Source of the DNA: Piedraia hortae CBS 480.64
Lineage: Eukaryota
Assembly (NCBI GenBank): GCA_010093745.1
Contig: MU005988.1
Location: 62,001 to 126,000, forward strand
DNA length: 64,000 nucleotides
Direction: 5' to 3'
Part shown: in pieces, positions 1 through 11,461 of the stretch
Layout: each line of letters opens with the position of its first letter
How positions within the stretch are numbered: position 1 is the stretch's first letter
Program-made: the position numbers and the translations under genes
Notes under the pieces: generated by a model
What the model saw: the letters and a program-made list of their open reading frames with translations, nothing else
Database searches by the model: none
What the model was told of the DNA's origin: nothing

Positions 1-2219
1 CGCTTTCCCTGCCAGAGCCGAATCTTGGCGAGAAGTTTCCACAGCTTCGCGCTGGTGGTGATGACGGGAACGACTTTCTCTTCTATGAAGGCTGCAAAAA
101 CCCGGCCGAGACCTGGCTCGCCAGGTGAGAATGTAGAGACAGTGTAGCCAGCGATACGGGATAGGACGGCGGTATCTAGGGACGTTTCGGCGGGACGAAG
201 TTCGAGAATGTGACGCTGCGCGGTGAGGGCGGCGGTATAATCCCCTAGAGAGGTCGAGACAAGCATGACATTGGACCAGATGCGGTGGTCGGTATGTTGT
301 AGCGATGCAGCGCGTTGGAAGGCCAAGAGGGATTCTTTTTCGTGTGATACTTCGTCGTTGCGCTTGCCGTTCTTCCCTTCGCCTTGTCTGAGGAGCGCAG
401 CACCCAAATTGCTCCACGCTTCAGCGTTTTCGTCGTCGAGTTGTACTGTTCTCTTGTATGCTTCGACAGCTTCATCCCACTTCTCCAATTGCATGAGACA
501 CCCACCTAGCGCGAACCACGTGGGCGTATATAGTCGCGCTATCGTGAGTGATTTCTCGTAAGCCGCGGCGGCGTCTTCGTACATTCGCTTCGCTAGAAGG
601 GAGTTTCCGAGGGAGCGTTGTGCACGCGCGTAGTGATTTCCACTGACCTGCCATGCTTTCTCGTACAGACTGGGGTCCTGTTCTAGGTCACCTAGGATGC
701 AGAGTAACCGGGGAGCGTCTTGGGGGAGATTTTTGTCGTCCACCTGTATGGAAACTTCGTTACCATACAGCTGCTTCCTTATCACCTTGCTCGCGAGATC
801 TGACCGGTCAGTTCCCGCCCAGCAGAGTGCAACCTCGGCCCACATCTCCAGCCTCTCATAGATCTGCAGCGCAGACTTCAGCCCTCCAAGCGCGACCCAG
901 CGCGCCGCGAGTAAGGCTTCCAACTCCCACCGCACGGGAGTTCCTAGTTGGAAGATATATCGTAGCCTCTCTGAGGCTGGGGCGGAGGATTCTTGGGACC
1001 GAGGGAGGAAAGTCCCACTGCCACCATTGCGATCGCCCCCCATGGTCTCAGCTACAACCTCATCCACAAGCGCCTGCAATTGCAGGAGGCCTCTCTCGGT
1101 TGTCCTAGATTTGTACCCCTCGATTGTGGAACGTACCAACAGTGCCTGTGTGTAAATCTGCCAGTTAGAGCTTCCGCTTGCTATGACGCGTTCAGCGTAA
1201 GGAAAGGTTTCTTCTCTGGTCAATCCGTGGGAAGGGGATGTGTTCGTGATGGCGCTAGCTAGGGTGAGGAGAATTATGGAGTCAAGGGGATGAAGTCTGG
1301 GTTGATTAGAGGGATCGAGGCCTTGAAGGACTGGCGGTAGGGTGGAAGTGTCCGCTTGCTCAGCAGTGAAGGATATTCGCTCCAGGAGCGTATCATCGTT
1401 CAGATCGAGGGGGCGTGGATGAGACGCCCCTTCAGATAGCGGCGCTTCCACAGCGCTTTTTGCGAGGACAACAAGTTGGCTTGTATCTTTTTCCTGGAAT
1501 TTTGTCCGCTTCCCTAGGAGGCCGGTCAAGGCAAAGGTGAAACCTCGCAATTTGATGCACTTTTCTAGGTCTCGTCGTGCAGGCTTGTCACGGCCGAAAT
1601 GCAAATTAATATTCGCCCGTTCGAGCAACAACTCGACTGATTCCGGAAGTTGTACTTCGAGTTGGGCAAAGTCGGTGAATATAGAATTCTGGAGAGTGGG
1701 GGATGATTCGGTGAGAATTCGCTGATGCATGAAAGTAACCCGAAGCCTAACCCATAGGGCTGCCGGCTCTAACTGCAGCGGTACGGAGAAGATAATATTT
1801 GCCAGAGCAAAGAGTTCGATATTTGGGGTCAGGTTATATGCTGCCACCCCGTCCACGGACAATTGCTTGAGGAGTTTGGACTGCACAGCTTGCAATTCTT
1901 GTGCGTTTCCAGAGATTTCTCGTGGGAAGATAATTTTAGCAGGATCGAACGTAAGCGACGGTCCAGTGATGTTGGATTGCATAAACGCGAGAAGTGCGGC
2001 ATAGCCGATGCAGAAATATCGCTGTGCGTTATCCTTGTTTAGCAGTTCAACAAGACGACTGCGAATGCTTGACGTCCAATTTGAGCTGGAATCGACCGCG
2101 AATAAAGTTCCAGCTTCATCTGTTTGCAGCAGTCGCTGGTATTCGCCATTGTCGAGCATGCGAATGTAAGAGTCTTCGGTCACGCTGCCCTGTAGGCATT
2201 CCATCACAGCATCCGCCAT
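1..2219 (-). CDS. EMW1: TPR protein of the TTC27/Emw1 family (3' end outside window)
   Basis: Manual translation from ATG at 2219 (MADAVMECLQ...). Contains LTGLLGKRTKFQEKDTSQLVVLAKS, typical of TTC27/Emw1. The same frame reads ...KLWKLLAKIRLWQGK at the window edge; it is missing from the ORF track because it has no stop in the window. Confidence 0.8.
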   Translation of the reverse strand, partial: MADAVMECLQGSVTEDSYIRMLDNGEYQRLLQTDEAGTLFAVDSSSNWTSSIRSRLVELLNKDNAQRYFCIGYAALLAFMQSNITGPSLTFDPAKIIFPREISGNAQELQAVQSKLLKQLSVDGVAAYNLTPNIELFALANIIFSVPLQLEPAALWVRLRVTFMHQRILTESSPTLQNSIFTDFAQLEVQLPESVELLLERANINLHFGRDKPARRDLEKCIKLRGFTFALTGLLGKRTKFQEKDTSQLVVLAKSAVEAPLSEGASHPRPLDLNDDTLLERISFTAEQADTSTLPPVLQGLDPSNQPRLHPLDSIILLTLASAITNTSPSHGLTREETFPYAERVIASGSSNWQIYTQALLVRSTIEGYKSRTTERGLLQLQALVDEVVAETMGGDRNGGSGTFLPRSQESSAPASERLRYIFQLGTPVRWELEALLAARWVALGGLKSALQIYERLEMWAEVALCWAGTDRSDLASKVIRKQLYGNEVSIQVDDKNLPQDAPRLLCILGDLEQDPSLYEKAWQVSGNHYARAQRSLGNSLLAKRMYEDAAAAYEKSLTIARLYTPTWFALGGCLMQLEKWDEAVEAYKRTVQLDDENAEAWSNLGAALLRQGEGKNGKRNDEVSHEKESLLAFQRAASLQHTDHRIWSNVMLVSTSLGDYTAALTAQRHILELRPAETSLDTAVLSRIAGYTVSTFSPGEPGLGRVFAAFIEEKVVPVITTSAKLWKLLAKIRLWQGK

Positions 2220-2455
2220 ATTTTGGTATAAATCTATATTGATGATCAAATTCTAGGTGCGAGGCGCTAGTACTATCTGGGTATACCAGTCAGACGTCAG
2301 AATCAGAAATTTCGTGACTGACGTCATCACGGTCGCTAGCGTAACTTGCTACCGAAAACACATGGGGAAAGCGCAGGCGAAAGCCATAAATAGTGACAAA
2401 CTCCCCCCTTCCTGCCTCCCCCACGCGGGGGGCTGCGATTCACTATGCGCAAGAC

Positions 2456-3364
2456 ATGGCTAAGACAGAATTTCACGCAGAGGACGATGTCAAGGCGCCG
2501 CCGCAGTCGAGCGGTAACGCCCTTGCGCGGTTCGAGTTCCAGCCGGGGAAAGGCCGGCAAGGCACCAAAGTGCTGATGGTCGAGTGGGAAGAGGACGAGA
2601 AGACCAAGGCAATTGGTGGCGACTGGGAGGTCAGCTGGGAGGGGAAACGCATGGTTTTGAGCGCCAAGGACCAGGATCAGCACCACCAAAGGCCAGTGCA
2701 TCGTGTCTATTTCATGATTGGCCGCGGAGACAACGTGCCTACCCATGTAAAGCTGACGAAGGGGCCCGTCGAATGGAGAACAAATCCGCTGCCGGCCATC
2801 TTTCCGCCTGATCTGGGCGGCCCAGCCGGTGGACTGGCGGCAAAATGCGGAGTGCTGCACACCATCTGGGCAAAGAAGAGGATTCACACGCTGCGGGCTG
2901 AGATCGAGACCGAGTCCAAGTTGAATCCGGAAGGCGTTGGGCTCGTCATTGCGATGCGCGAACTGGAGGGCATTGAGAAAATGTTTGGGGCAGCGATAAA
3001 CAGGAAGTCTTCGGTGACAGAAAGCCCACGTTCGCCCCATCACAGCTCTCGCATGTTGGACAGGCTGGGTGGGCTAAAACTCGACACCAACAGCCAGCAA
3101 TGCAAAGAAGCCACTGACAGCCCGCTAAGCCCGGAGAGCTCAGACGTGGCCGTTGGCGCTTTTGTGCTGCCTGCAAAGCCGACGGCTGTGCAGCATCAAA
3201 TGGCTTCACTAGACGCCGTGGCGGCGGGGACATCGGCGTTGACTTCACAGGCTGACGACAGCAATGAGGGCCTCTTTGCGTTGCCCATCAGTCCAAGATC
3301 CCCAGACATGGCCAAGTCGCCATTCTCATTTTCGGTTCAAGACACTGCCAGTTATGTGAAGTAG
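2456..3364 (+). CDS. Uncharacterised fungal protein
   Basis: Long ORF (track 2393..3364; first ATG 2456) with protein-like composition (TKVLMVEWE, PLPAIFPP, GVLHTIWAKKR); divergent from EMW1. Confidence 0.7.
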   Translation: MAKTEFHAEDDVKAPPQSSGNALARFEFQPGKGRQGTKVLMVEWEEDEKTKAIGGDWEVSWEGKRMVLSAKDQDQHHQRPVHRVYFMIGRGDNVPTHVKLTKGPVEWRTNPLPAIFPPDLGGPAGGLAAKCGVLHTIWAKKRIHTLRAEIETESKLNPEGVGLVIAMRELEGIEKMFGAAINRKSSVTESPRSPHHSSRMLDRLGGLKLDTNSQQCKEATDSPLSPESSDVAVGAFVLPAKPTAVQHQMASLDAVAAGTSALTSQADDSNEGLFALPISPRSPDMAKSPFSFSVQDTASYVK

Positions 3365-3552
3365 AGCCAATTCAATAATCTCATAATAGGTGACAGACCC
3401 ACCAGGGGATACGTCATAGCTTCAGACGGACCCTGCATGTTTGCCCCGCGCTGCGGTGGGGCATGTGACATCAGGGGTCTTATCAAGCGCTTTCTAAGAA
3501 CCCTTCGTTTATACTTTACTTCTTGTTCCTCTCTCGCACATCTACATCAAAA

Positions 3553-4015
3553 ATGGGTAACGACGACGGATACGACAGCAACGTCGCCAATGCCGCTGGC
3601 TATGCTGCCGGCAACATTGGTACGTGTCACGTCATGCCTCCACACTTGACAGATGCTAAGTGTCAGCAGAGGGTTCCTATGACCGCGCCAGTAACGACGT
3701 GCAAGCCGGCTGGAATGCCGTCGAGAGCGTTCCTGGCGACATTGGCCGCCGCGCCGAGCAGGGCTATGACAATACGGTGCAGGGAATTGAGAACATCCCG
3801 CAGAATATTGGTGGTGCGCTTCAGAGCGCTGCCAACTGGATGTAAGTTGGAACCGTTACATTTTGTGCAGTGCTAACAGCCCTAGCGGAGAGAAGATCGG
3901 GGGCGTTCAGTCAGGCTACGACAATGCTCAGCAGGACGTGCAACGGTTTGGGGACAATATGAGCAATTCCTACGAGCAGGGCCAGCAGGAGGGCAGAAAC
4001 AACTGGGGAAACTAG
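3553..4015 (+). CDS. Small G/N/Q/D-rich hydrophilin-like protein, 3 exons
   Basis: ATG 3553; introns 3620-3669 (GTACGT..GCTAAG..CAGCAG) and 3842-3885 (GTAAGT..GCTAAC..TAG); repeated GYDN-like motifs; stop TAG 4013-4015. Confidence 0.75.
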
Positions 4016-4072
4016 ATCCGTAGATTCTGGCGTTCCTGAGAGCTTACATCTAACTGTACAAGTCTAAGTCTA

Positions 4073-5155
4073 TCAATCAGTGAGCGGATGTGCATCGAAC
4101 CACTTGAGGAGGTTCTGGTAGACGACGAGCATGGTCCCTGATTGGATACTGGTCCACACGGCACGTGGCCCAACGCCACGGAACCATCCCGCCGGCCCCT
4201 CGGTCCTGTAGATGATCCTCAAGGCTTTGATAACCGACTCCGTGTCCAGCGTCGCCTGACCGTGACGCTTCAGCGTAGTCGAGGGGCTGGACGTTGAGAT
4301 TGACATTTTCTGCGTGTGTGGAACGCTGTTGGCTTCTGCTGTTGGTCTCTGCATCGACTTATTTTGCTTCGCTCTTGCTACAACTTCTGGATCCAGTTCT
4401 GTCTGGATTCTTGTCTTCACAACGTCCATTGGACATGTGAGAACTCCAGCCATGCCTCCCGCACTTGCTCCTGTGAATACTTCCAGACAAAGGCCGATGT
4501 CGTTGCCCTGACCGACCCATTGTTTTGCAAGTTTCTGCTCCTTTTCGTAGAACGCGAACTGCAGGGCGGAAAACGGCAGGTCACGGAACAGTGTGGCCTT
4601 GTACCCGCTGAATAGCTCTGCAAACCCCTCAACGCGATATATTGTCCGCAGGGCATGCAGCGTTGAGCGATAATTATACCCAGAGTGGAAGTAGGGGTTG
4701 TTGTACCTTCCTTGCAGTTGTAACCTCGTCTTTAAAACTTCAGACGGAACGTAAAGCGGAGAAGCCGCCAGATCAGCCAAGAAGCCTGCTGCAAGATAGC
4801 TCAGCGAAGGGGCAACGCCATGGTCGATCAGAAAACGCTTCGATTTCTCGTAACAGCCGAAAAAGATAACGGTTCCGCCAAAACTTCCCCAGAACGCCGG
4901 AGTAACGCCCCCATACAAGCCTCTCCACAAGCCCTCTTGCCGAAACAGGGTGCTGTATGTGCTTCCCATGGACGTGTACTTTGACGGAATATGCGGATCG
5001 CCCTGCTGACGCGTCTTAACTGTATCCAAACTGTGCATCAACATATCGCCCATTGTGCCCCCGATGCCACCCGCCAACATCGCATGAGTGTACGCTGGGC
5101 GTTTCTCCTCGCCCAGATTGGTGCCCTCTGCCGCCTCGTCATGCCGCCCGCTCAT
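4073..5155 (-). CDS. MME1: Mitochondrial carrier protein, Mme1/YMR166C-like
   Basis: Three carrier signature repeats (HSLDTVKTRQQ, PSEVLKTRLQ, PMDVVKTRIQ); the first matches the Mme1 subfamily. Confidence 0.8.
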   Translation of the reverse strand: MSGRHDEAAEGTNLGEEKRPAYTHAMLAGGIGGTMGDMLMHSLDTVKTRQQGDPHIPSKYTSMGSTYSTLFRQEGLWRGLYGGVTPAFWGSFGGTVIFFGCYEKSKRFLIDHGVAPSLSYLAAGFLADLAASPLYVPSEVLKTRLQLQGRYNNPYFHSGYNYRSTLHALRTIYRVEGFAELFSGYKATLFRDLPFSALQFAFYEKEQKLAKQWVGQGNDIGLCLEVFTGASAGGMAGVLTCPMDVVKTRIQTELDPEVVARAKQNKSMQRPTAEANSVPHTQKMSISTSSPSTTLKRHGQATLDTESVIKALRIIYRTEGPAGWFRGVGPRAVWTSIQSGTMLVVYQNLLKWFDAHPLTD

Positions 5156-5403
5156 GAGACGAGATTAATCACAGTGAGTGGACTGAGGTGAAGATCCACA
5201 AACGGCCTAGCGCTCCACTATTCCCTGGGGAGTCTAGCTGCATGCGGGGGGATGATCGTTGCCGTGCCAAGACCCTGGAGCTCCGTCGCGTGCGCGTTGT
5301 TTACATTTTCACAGCGCGGAGTCAATTTAATCAGTGAGGCCGCGTCAACCCTTTTGCGCATCGTCGCATTACAAGATCATCGATCGCAAAGCATCACTAT
5401 ACT

Positions 5404-6704
5404 ATGCCGTCCACACCTGAAGTGTCTGAAAAGCGTATTCGTCGCCACACAAAAGCCGACCTGGTCAACCTGCTCCACGAGGCAGGCGCCCTGGAGTAGT
5501 GAGTCGCAAACCGTCTTTATCTCTTTCTGTTCGCTGACCGTTTGGTAGTGATGAATCCGACCTAAAGGAAACGCTTGTTACGGCTCTGGAATCCCAACTG
5601 CGCCGTCACGCGACCAAACTTTCACGTCTCACGAAATTTGAGGGTTTCTACGAAGCCACGTCCGCCTCCCCTACAGCTGTGGCAGCGCCTCTGACCAGCT
5701 CTGATGCTGCGCCCGTATCCAGCAGGATCAGGCGCCACGTGCTCGTGAAGCGCGAAGCGTTTGACTCCCCATCTTCTCCCCCGCTCTCAGAAAATGCCGC
5801 TGCAGAGGACCAAGCAGGGATCGAAAATGAGGATGACGAAGATCTTAAGAGCTCCGCACAGCGGCGACGGGCGCGCGTTCTTGCATCGCTCGAGTCTGAG
5901 ATGATGGCCAACGCCAATGGCCAACGCCAGAGCGTCCGCGACTTGCAAACCACGGCCACTACGCGGAGAGCTGGGAAGGCCTCGCCTGTAACAACGGCAC
6001 TGCGCTCGCGCGACCCCGTTAGTGCAATCGCGCGAAAATATAACACTTCGAACGCCGTTTCCGCGCAGGCTACCACGACGCAGCCTTATCGCCAAAAGCG
6101 TCTCAGCGACTTGACCACGCTGTACCAGTCCGGCCGCGACGTTGTGAAACGGGAAATTTCCTCCCGAGATGTCCTTGCCGGGGTCGATGGGAATCTCCTC
6201 TCCACACTGCGGGACCGTTGCTCCACGTTCTTGTTCGTGCAGAGTTTGATCATTCTCTGCGAAGCAACGCTCCTATCGATCTCCCTTCTCAGCCGTACTC
6301 TGGCCGTCAATACGGGTGACCCGCTGGGCCATTCGTTCGAGCTCCCCGCCCCCATTCATGGCCTTGATCTGCATTTGCTTTTTTCGCTCCACTTTTGGGT
6401 TCCCTTCCTCATCTGGGCCGCTACGTCCGTACTTCTACCTGCCGCTGCCGGATCAATCTTCAACTTTACCCGCAGGCGCACGCAGGTGGACCCTGTTGGG
6501 TTCAACCTCGTCAAAGCCATATTGGCTATCTTTATGCTGGGACAGGGTCTCGCTGGGCCCGGCCGCGTGGCGAGGCTGCAGATCGAAAAGGCGTTTCCCG
6601 GCGGCTGGAGGTTTATTCTTACCGACTGTCTCGTTGCGGGCATTGTGGCGTTCTGGGACGGTGTGCAACTACAGGGCCAGGTTATCAATCATGCGGCAAG
6701 GTAG
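5404..6704 (+). CDS. Fungal protein with C-terminal transmembrane segments, 2 exons
   Basis: ATG 5404; intron 5499-5548 (GTGAGT..GCTGAC..TAG) joins in frame to ORF 5679..6704; several hydrophobic helices at the C-terminus. Confidence 0.7.
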
Positions 6705-8114
6705 GGGTATAAAACTAGGGCAGTGTGGACTGGAGTGTTTGCGTTTGCTTTTGCTTTGTTCCCGGTTGATTGTTAGGCGGCAGCAAGTGAAGTGTATCAT
6801 GACTATTCTGCTGGGGATTCCTTGATCCAGCTGCTTTAACTTCGATTCAGAGTGTTTGAAGCGTTCTGTGCGATGCAATCGACATACGAAACACGGCGGT
6901 TTGGGTACGCAGTGTCTTCGGTTTGTCTGTCTGGCCGACTCTCAACAGTCAATTCCGGCTAACTTTTCATCGACCATGCTCCAAAGGGTGGTCCAGGCTT
7001 AATGTCCCTGGACCACAATTGGCGAAGAGTCACCCGTTGGCACATTCAATATAGCTGTTGCTAGCGCCAACCCGGCGTCATTAGACAAGGTCAACGCAAC
7101 GAAGTCTAAGCCAATGCCCCAGAACGGTTTCTGCTTCATGCAAACGATGCGCGGGTTTCTTTGCATCATAGCTTGGCTGGAAACAACGACAGTCTTGTAA
7201 CCCTCTCATCCTGTAGGTGTCAATAACAGGAAGCGATTTCGCCCTCTCCATTGCACATTCACGCTAGCACATGGCCTTGGCGCGGTCCGTTCCAGAGTGG
7301 GGCCCACACTGCTCTGCTTCAAGCACGCTCAAAAGCACGACGGTATCTCGGCAGCAGAGGGAGCCGCATTGACATCAATCCGACTACTCTACAGCAAGAT
7401 GGGCCGTGTATGAGAGCCGGTATACAATGTAGAGCGAAACGCTCAACAGTCGCAACTAGCAGGTGAGATCGTATTGTGTTCTCTTCAAATTGCTTTACAC
7501 GAACGTGTCGAAGTGCGGCACGGGCCGCTCCGACGGGGTGCCCCGCAGAAACACACTGCATTAGCGTTTCCCGAACGCGCTCACGCACACACAAACATTT
7601 GGGCCTTCAGATAACCTAAAGTTCACCCTGTCAATATCACTCTTCTTGCAAACCTGAAGATGGAGTCGAGAAATATGACCGAGGTTGTGGCAGTAAATGA
7701 GCCCACGTCCGGGATCGGCACATCAGCCTGACCGAAAGATGGTGGCCGACCAAGCCAAGAAAATCATCAGCATCAGTCCCAGCGAGCAGCAGCGTGATGT
7801 TGGATAACTTGAAGAAGCCACATGCCTATGCCATTCGCAAGATCAAAGACGAGGTGAGAATCCGAACATGCCGGTGCGCTCTTGGCACTGCATTTCGAAT
7901 CACTTTCCTTCCTCCCAATTTCATTGTACACTCGCTACGCAATGCGCACTAGTTAATATAGGAATGGGAGGTGAAGCGAAAGACAGTGTTGTTCTTGCTA
8001 CCTTGCTACCAAGACTCTAGAGAAGGTGAGGTTACCGGTCACCCTAGCGCTATTGGGACAGACTCCCGACTAACATCAACACGCACATCCTATATGTCAT
8101 CAAGAATGTTTGCC

Positions 8115-8287
8115 TGTTATAAAACCAGTGGCATCTCACAGGCGTAGCGTGTCTGTATACACACGTATGTAGAACTACAAGGAAAATTATCAAGCACCTG
8201 AACCCTGTTAGGCGTGTGGGTCATCACGTGCGTGTCATCACGTGCGGGTCATCACGTGCGGGTCGCTCCATGGCGACCTGCATAACA
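8115..8287 (+). mobile_element. Diverged copy 1 of the solo-LTR-like family, with an internal 14-bp triplication
   Basis: Colinear similarity to 27955-28191 and to the reverse complement of 57392-57535; TGTT..AACA ends; GTCATCACGTGCG(T/G) x3 at 8220-8261. Confidence 0.7.
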
Positions 8288-8498
8288 GTCTCGAATTACT
8301 GTAGAACATGCGGCAGCTAGTTTTTCTGCAAGATGCAGCGAACGTGTAAGTTGATGAAGTTTGTAGGGACGCAAAGGCAGTTGTGGCAGCCCTCATAGTA
8401 AGGGTGACGTCTAAGCGAAGTGAGGTTGGAAGGGAGTGACGTGGCTCCTGATTGGTACCCTAAAAGTCCTATAGCTCAAAAATTCTCTCTACTTGCGT

Positions 8499-10469
8499 CT
8501 ACACGGTCTTGCCACTATCCTCCCTCAAACTCACAATCCTATTTAGCACAACTTTCCCCTCCTTTGTTTCCTGATCAACCGCAAAGAAACCAGTCCTCAT
8601 ACCCTGGAACCTTATACCCGCAGGTCCCTCATCAGCCTTTCCCCCCTCCTCTTTCGGCCAGGGAGCATGGTCCCTAACATGGGTGAAACCCGTCTCGATC
8701 AACGCGTTGGGGAATGTCACAAGTGAGTCCTCCCTTACGTCCTTGTAGTAGCCACCGTTCTTCCAGTCTAGCTCATCACCGGGTCTGGAGGAGTGAAAGA
8801 GAGAGTTGTAGATTCTCGCCTCGGCTCGTACGGGGCCCTGGGCCGAGACCCAGTGGATGCGTGTCTTGCCCGCTGGGACATGGGATCCGAATTCTGCTTC
8901 GATGGATGTGACTTTACCAGAAATGGGGTCCATTTGGTAGCTGGTGCATCTGATGGGATGCTCAGCGTTCAGGAGGCCGACTGATGCGCCTGGTGCGAGG
9001 CGGAAAAAGCTTGCTGACGCTTCGGTGCGGAAATCGTCGCGATCGATGAAGATTTTCTTGGTAAAGGGGATTGCGTGCGTTCCTTTAGAAGGATCTTTGG
9101 GGTCGAATGGCGCCGTGCAGCTCTCGTGGTGGTTATCTTCGAGGTTTGTGAGGACGACAGGTATGGGATCCAGCACGAGCATCAGCCTCGGTACAGTACG
9201 TTCGAGAAAATTGCGGATGCAAGAGTCTAAATTGTGTGTCATGGTGTTGGCGTTGGATTTGGTGACTCCGAGATCGAGGACGAATTTCTTCAGGGCACCG
9301 GGTGGGACGCCGCGTCTGCGGAGGGCGACGAGGGTAAAGAGACGAGGGTCATCCCAACCAGAGACTACGGGTGGAATCTGAGGTTTTCCTTGCCCAGGCT
9401 TGGCATCCGTTTGGTCACCTTCTTCGGTGTCATCCTCCTCGCCAAAACCGTTGACCAAGGCCATGATTTTACGCTTTGATAAAATAGTTCCTTCTACATT
9501 GAGCCGCCCGTATTCTCTTTGCATGGGGCCTGTTTCATCTGATCCCGGAATTTTCATATCAAGCTGCTCTAAAACCCAGTTGTACACAGCGCGTGAGGCC
9601 TCAAATTCTGTAGTGCACAGGCTGTGTGAGATGCCTTCCAAGGCGTCACACAGAGGGTGAGCGAAGTCGTACATAGGGTAGATCCGCCACTCGTTTCCCG
9701 TACGGTGGTGGTAGTTGTTCTTGGTGACACGGTAACATGGTATATCCCACATGATTGGGTTATCTGCCAGTTTCTTGACAGTCGGGTCAGCGGCTTCTTC
9801 TTCCGTGATGACAAGATACTGCTTCAGCCGCAACGTAGCCTCTCCCGCCGCGTATTTTCCATCCCTCATGCCTCGAAACTCTGCCAAATTCTCCTCTACT
9901 GGTCTGTCCCGATGCACACAGGCCGACCTCGGGCCGTAGCCGCCATCTGACAGGATTCCTCTACCTTTTTTCATCTCGTCTGCCGAACAATGGCAAACAT
10001 ACGCCTTCCCACGATTGATCAAATCCTCGGCAAACTCATACAGTTTATCGAATTCATCCGAACTGTAGGTAATTTTGTACGGAGTAAAGCCAAGCCAACG
10101 CACCATTTCCTCTATACTGTCGAAATATCGAGCCTCTTCCTTGACTGGATTTGTATCGTCAAAACGCAGATTGCACACCCCATGGTAGCTTCGCGCAAAG
10201 CCAAAGTTTACCGTAATTGCCTTGGCATGGCCGATGTGGAGATAGCCGTTTGGCTCGGGAGGAAAACGCGTATGCACTTCCTTCACGGGCTTTTCATTGT
10301 ATACGCCCCTCAGCCAGCCGTGGCGGAACGGGTCTACAGCAACATCTACAGCTGGGGAGTTTGTAGCTACAGCAGCGTTGGCCTTGTACGCTTCTTTGCT
10401 CGCCTTGGCCGCAGCTTTTTTGGCAGCCTTTTCTAACGCGCGTTTCGACGGCCCTTTTCCCTCTGCCAT
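8499..10469 (-). CDS. GLN4: Glutaminyl-tRNA synthetase
   Basis: TRFPPEPNGYLHIGHAKA (HIGH motif), LRFDDTNP, ISHSLCTTEF, ILSKRK, WDDPRLFTL. Confidence 0.95.
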   Translation of the reverse strand: MAEGKGPSKRALEKAAKKAAAKASKEAYKANAAVATNSPAVDVAVDPFRHGWLRGVYNEKPVKEVHTRFPPEPNGYLHIGHAKAITVNFGFARSYHGVCNLRFDDTNPVKEEARYFDSIEEMVRWLGFTPYKITYSSDEFDKLYEFAEDLINRGKAYVCHCSADEMKKGRGILSDGGYGPRSACVHRDRPVEENLAEFRGMRDGKYAAGEATLRLKQYLVITEEEAADPTVKKLADNPIMWDIPCYRVTKNNYHHRTGNEWRIYPMYDFAHPLCDALEGISHSLCTTEFEASRAVYNWVLEQLDMKIPGSDETGPMQREYGRLNVEGTILSKRKIMALVNGFGEEDDTEEGDQTDAKPGQGKPQIPPVVSGWDDPRLFTLVALRRRGVPPGALKKFVLDLGVTKSNANTMTHNLDSCIRNFLERTVPRLMLVLDPIPVVLTNLEDNHHESCTAPFDPKDPSKGTHAIPFTKKIFIDRDDFRTEASASFFRLAPGASVGLLNAEHPIRCTSYQMDPISGKVTSIEAEFGSHVPAGKTRIHWVSAQGPVRAEARIYNSLFHSSRPGDELDWKNGGYYKDVREDSLVTFPNALIETGFTHVRDHAPWPKEEGGKADEGPAGIRFQGMRTGFFAVDQETKEGKVVLNRIVSLREDSGKTV

Positions 10470-10519
10470 GGTGTCCTATCAGCGGGTCATGTACAAAATT
10501 GGTAGTGGGCGGTCATAAC

Positions 10520-10529
10520 TAGGGTTAGG
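10520..10529 (-). promoter_or_regulatory. Telobox-like motif (CCTAACCCTA on the GLN4 sense strand)
   Basis: TAGGGTTAGG ~50 nt upstream of the GLN4 ATG; identical 10-mer at 40832-40841 upstream of HIR1. Confidence 0.4.
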
Positions 10530-10640
10530 CTCTGTAGCTACCCCACCGCTCCATCTCATGACGTAACTGGCATTGCTCGACAAACGCTGGGGAAGTCTAA
10601 CGGTCCGAAGCGAACTGCAGACACACCAACCCGAAACAAA

Positions 10641-11358
10641 ATGCCTTCGACGATTCCCCTTTCCTCCCTTCCGACCCTCACGCAGCTCTACAAGGCCAAA
10701 ACTTTGGCTCCCACTTCCAGCGGCAATCTTCTCCGCGGAGCGACGTCGGCCTTCAACGACAAGATCTCCCTCTACCGCGGAGATATCACCGCTCTTGAGA
10801 CGGATGCAATTGTGAACGCGGCCAACGAGAAGCTCCTCGGTGGTGGCGGCGTCGATGGTGCCATCCACGCGGCGGCGGGACCGGAACTGGTTGAAGAATG
10901 CAGAGCCCTCAACGGCTGCAACACGGGGGACGCGAAGATTACAGACGCATATAAGCTGCCGTGCAAGAAGGTCATCCACACGGTCGGTCCGGTATACCAC
11001 TACGAGTCAAATCCAGCAAAATTGCTGAGTAGCTGTTACACCAAGAGCCTCGACCTCGCGGACCAGAACGGGTGCAAGAGTATCGCGTTCTCGGCCATCA
11101 GTACTGGCGTTTACGGTTATCCCGGCACCGATGCCGCGGAAAAGGCCACGGAGGCGGTCAGAAATTGGTTAGAGCGTGATGAGGAGCGGGCCGCGCACAT
11201 GGAAAAGATTGTGTTCTGTCTCTTCAGAGAAAAGGATGAGAGGTGCTACCACCAAATTATTCCGTAAGCCTTGCAAAAACTCAAAGGGCGTGACAATGCT
11301 GACAGAATGTTCTAGCAAAATCTTCCCACCAAAGGAGGAGCATGGTGACGATTCATAG
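10641..11358 (+). CDS. MacroD-type macro domain protein (ADP-ribose glycohydrolase / O-acetyl-ADP-ribose deacetylase)
   Basis: GDIT..DAIVNAAN..LLGGGGVDGAIH..VIHTVGP..SIAFSAISTGVYGYP; terminal intron 11264-11315. Confidence 0.9.
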
Positions 11359-11461
11359 AGCATAGTCGACAAGATCCAAGCAGGAAAGATTAGAGTGTAT
11401 GAGTAGATGACGCAACGACTGTTCCGAAAGGTAATGTGCACAACAAAGTCCAGTCCCAATT

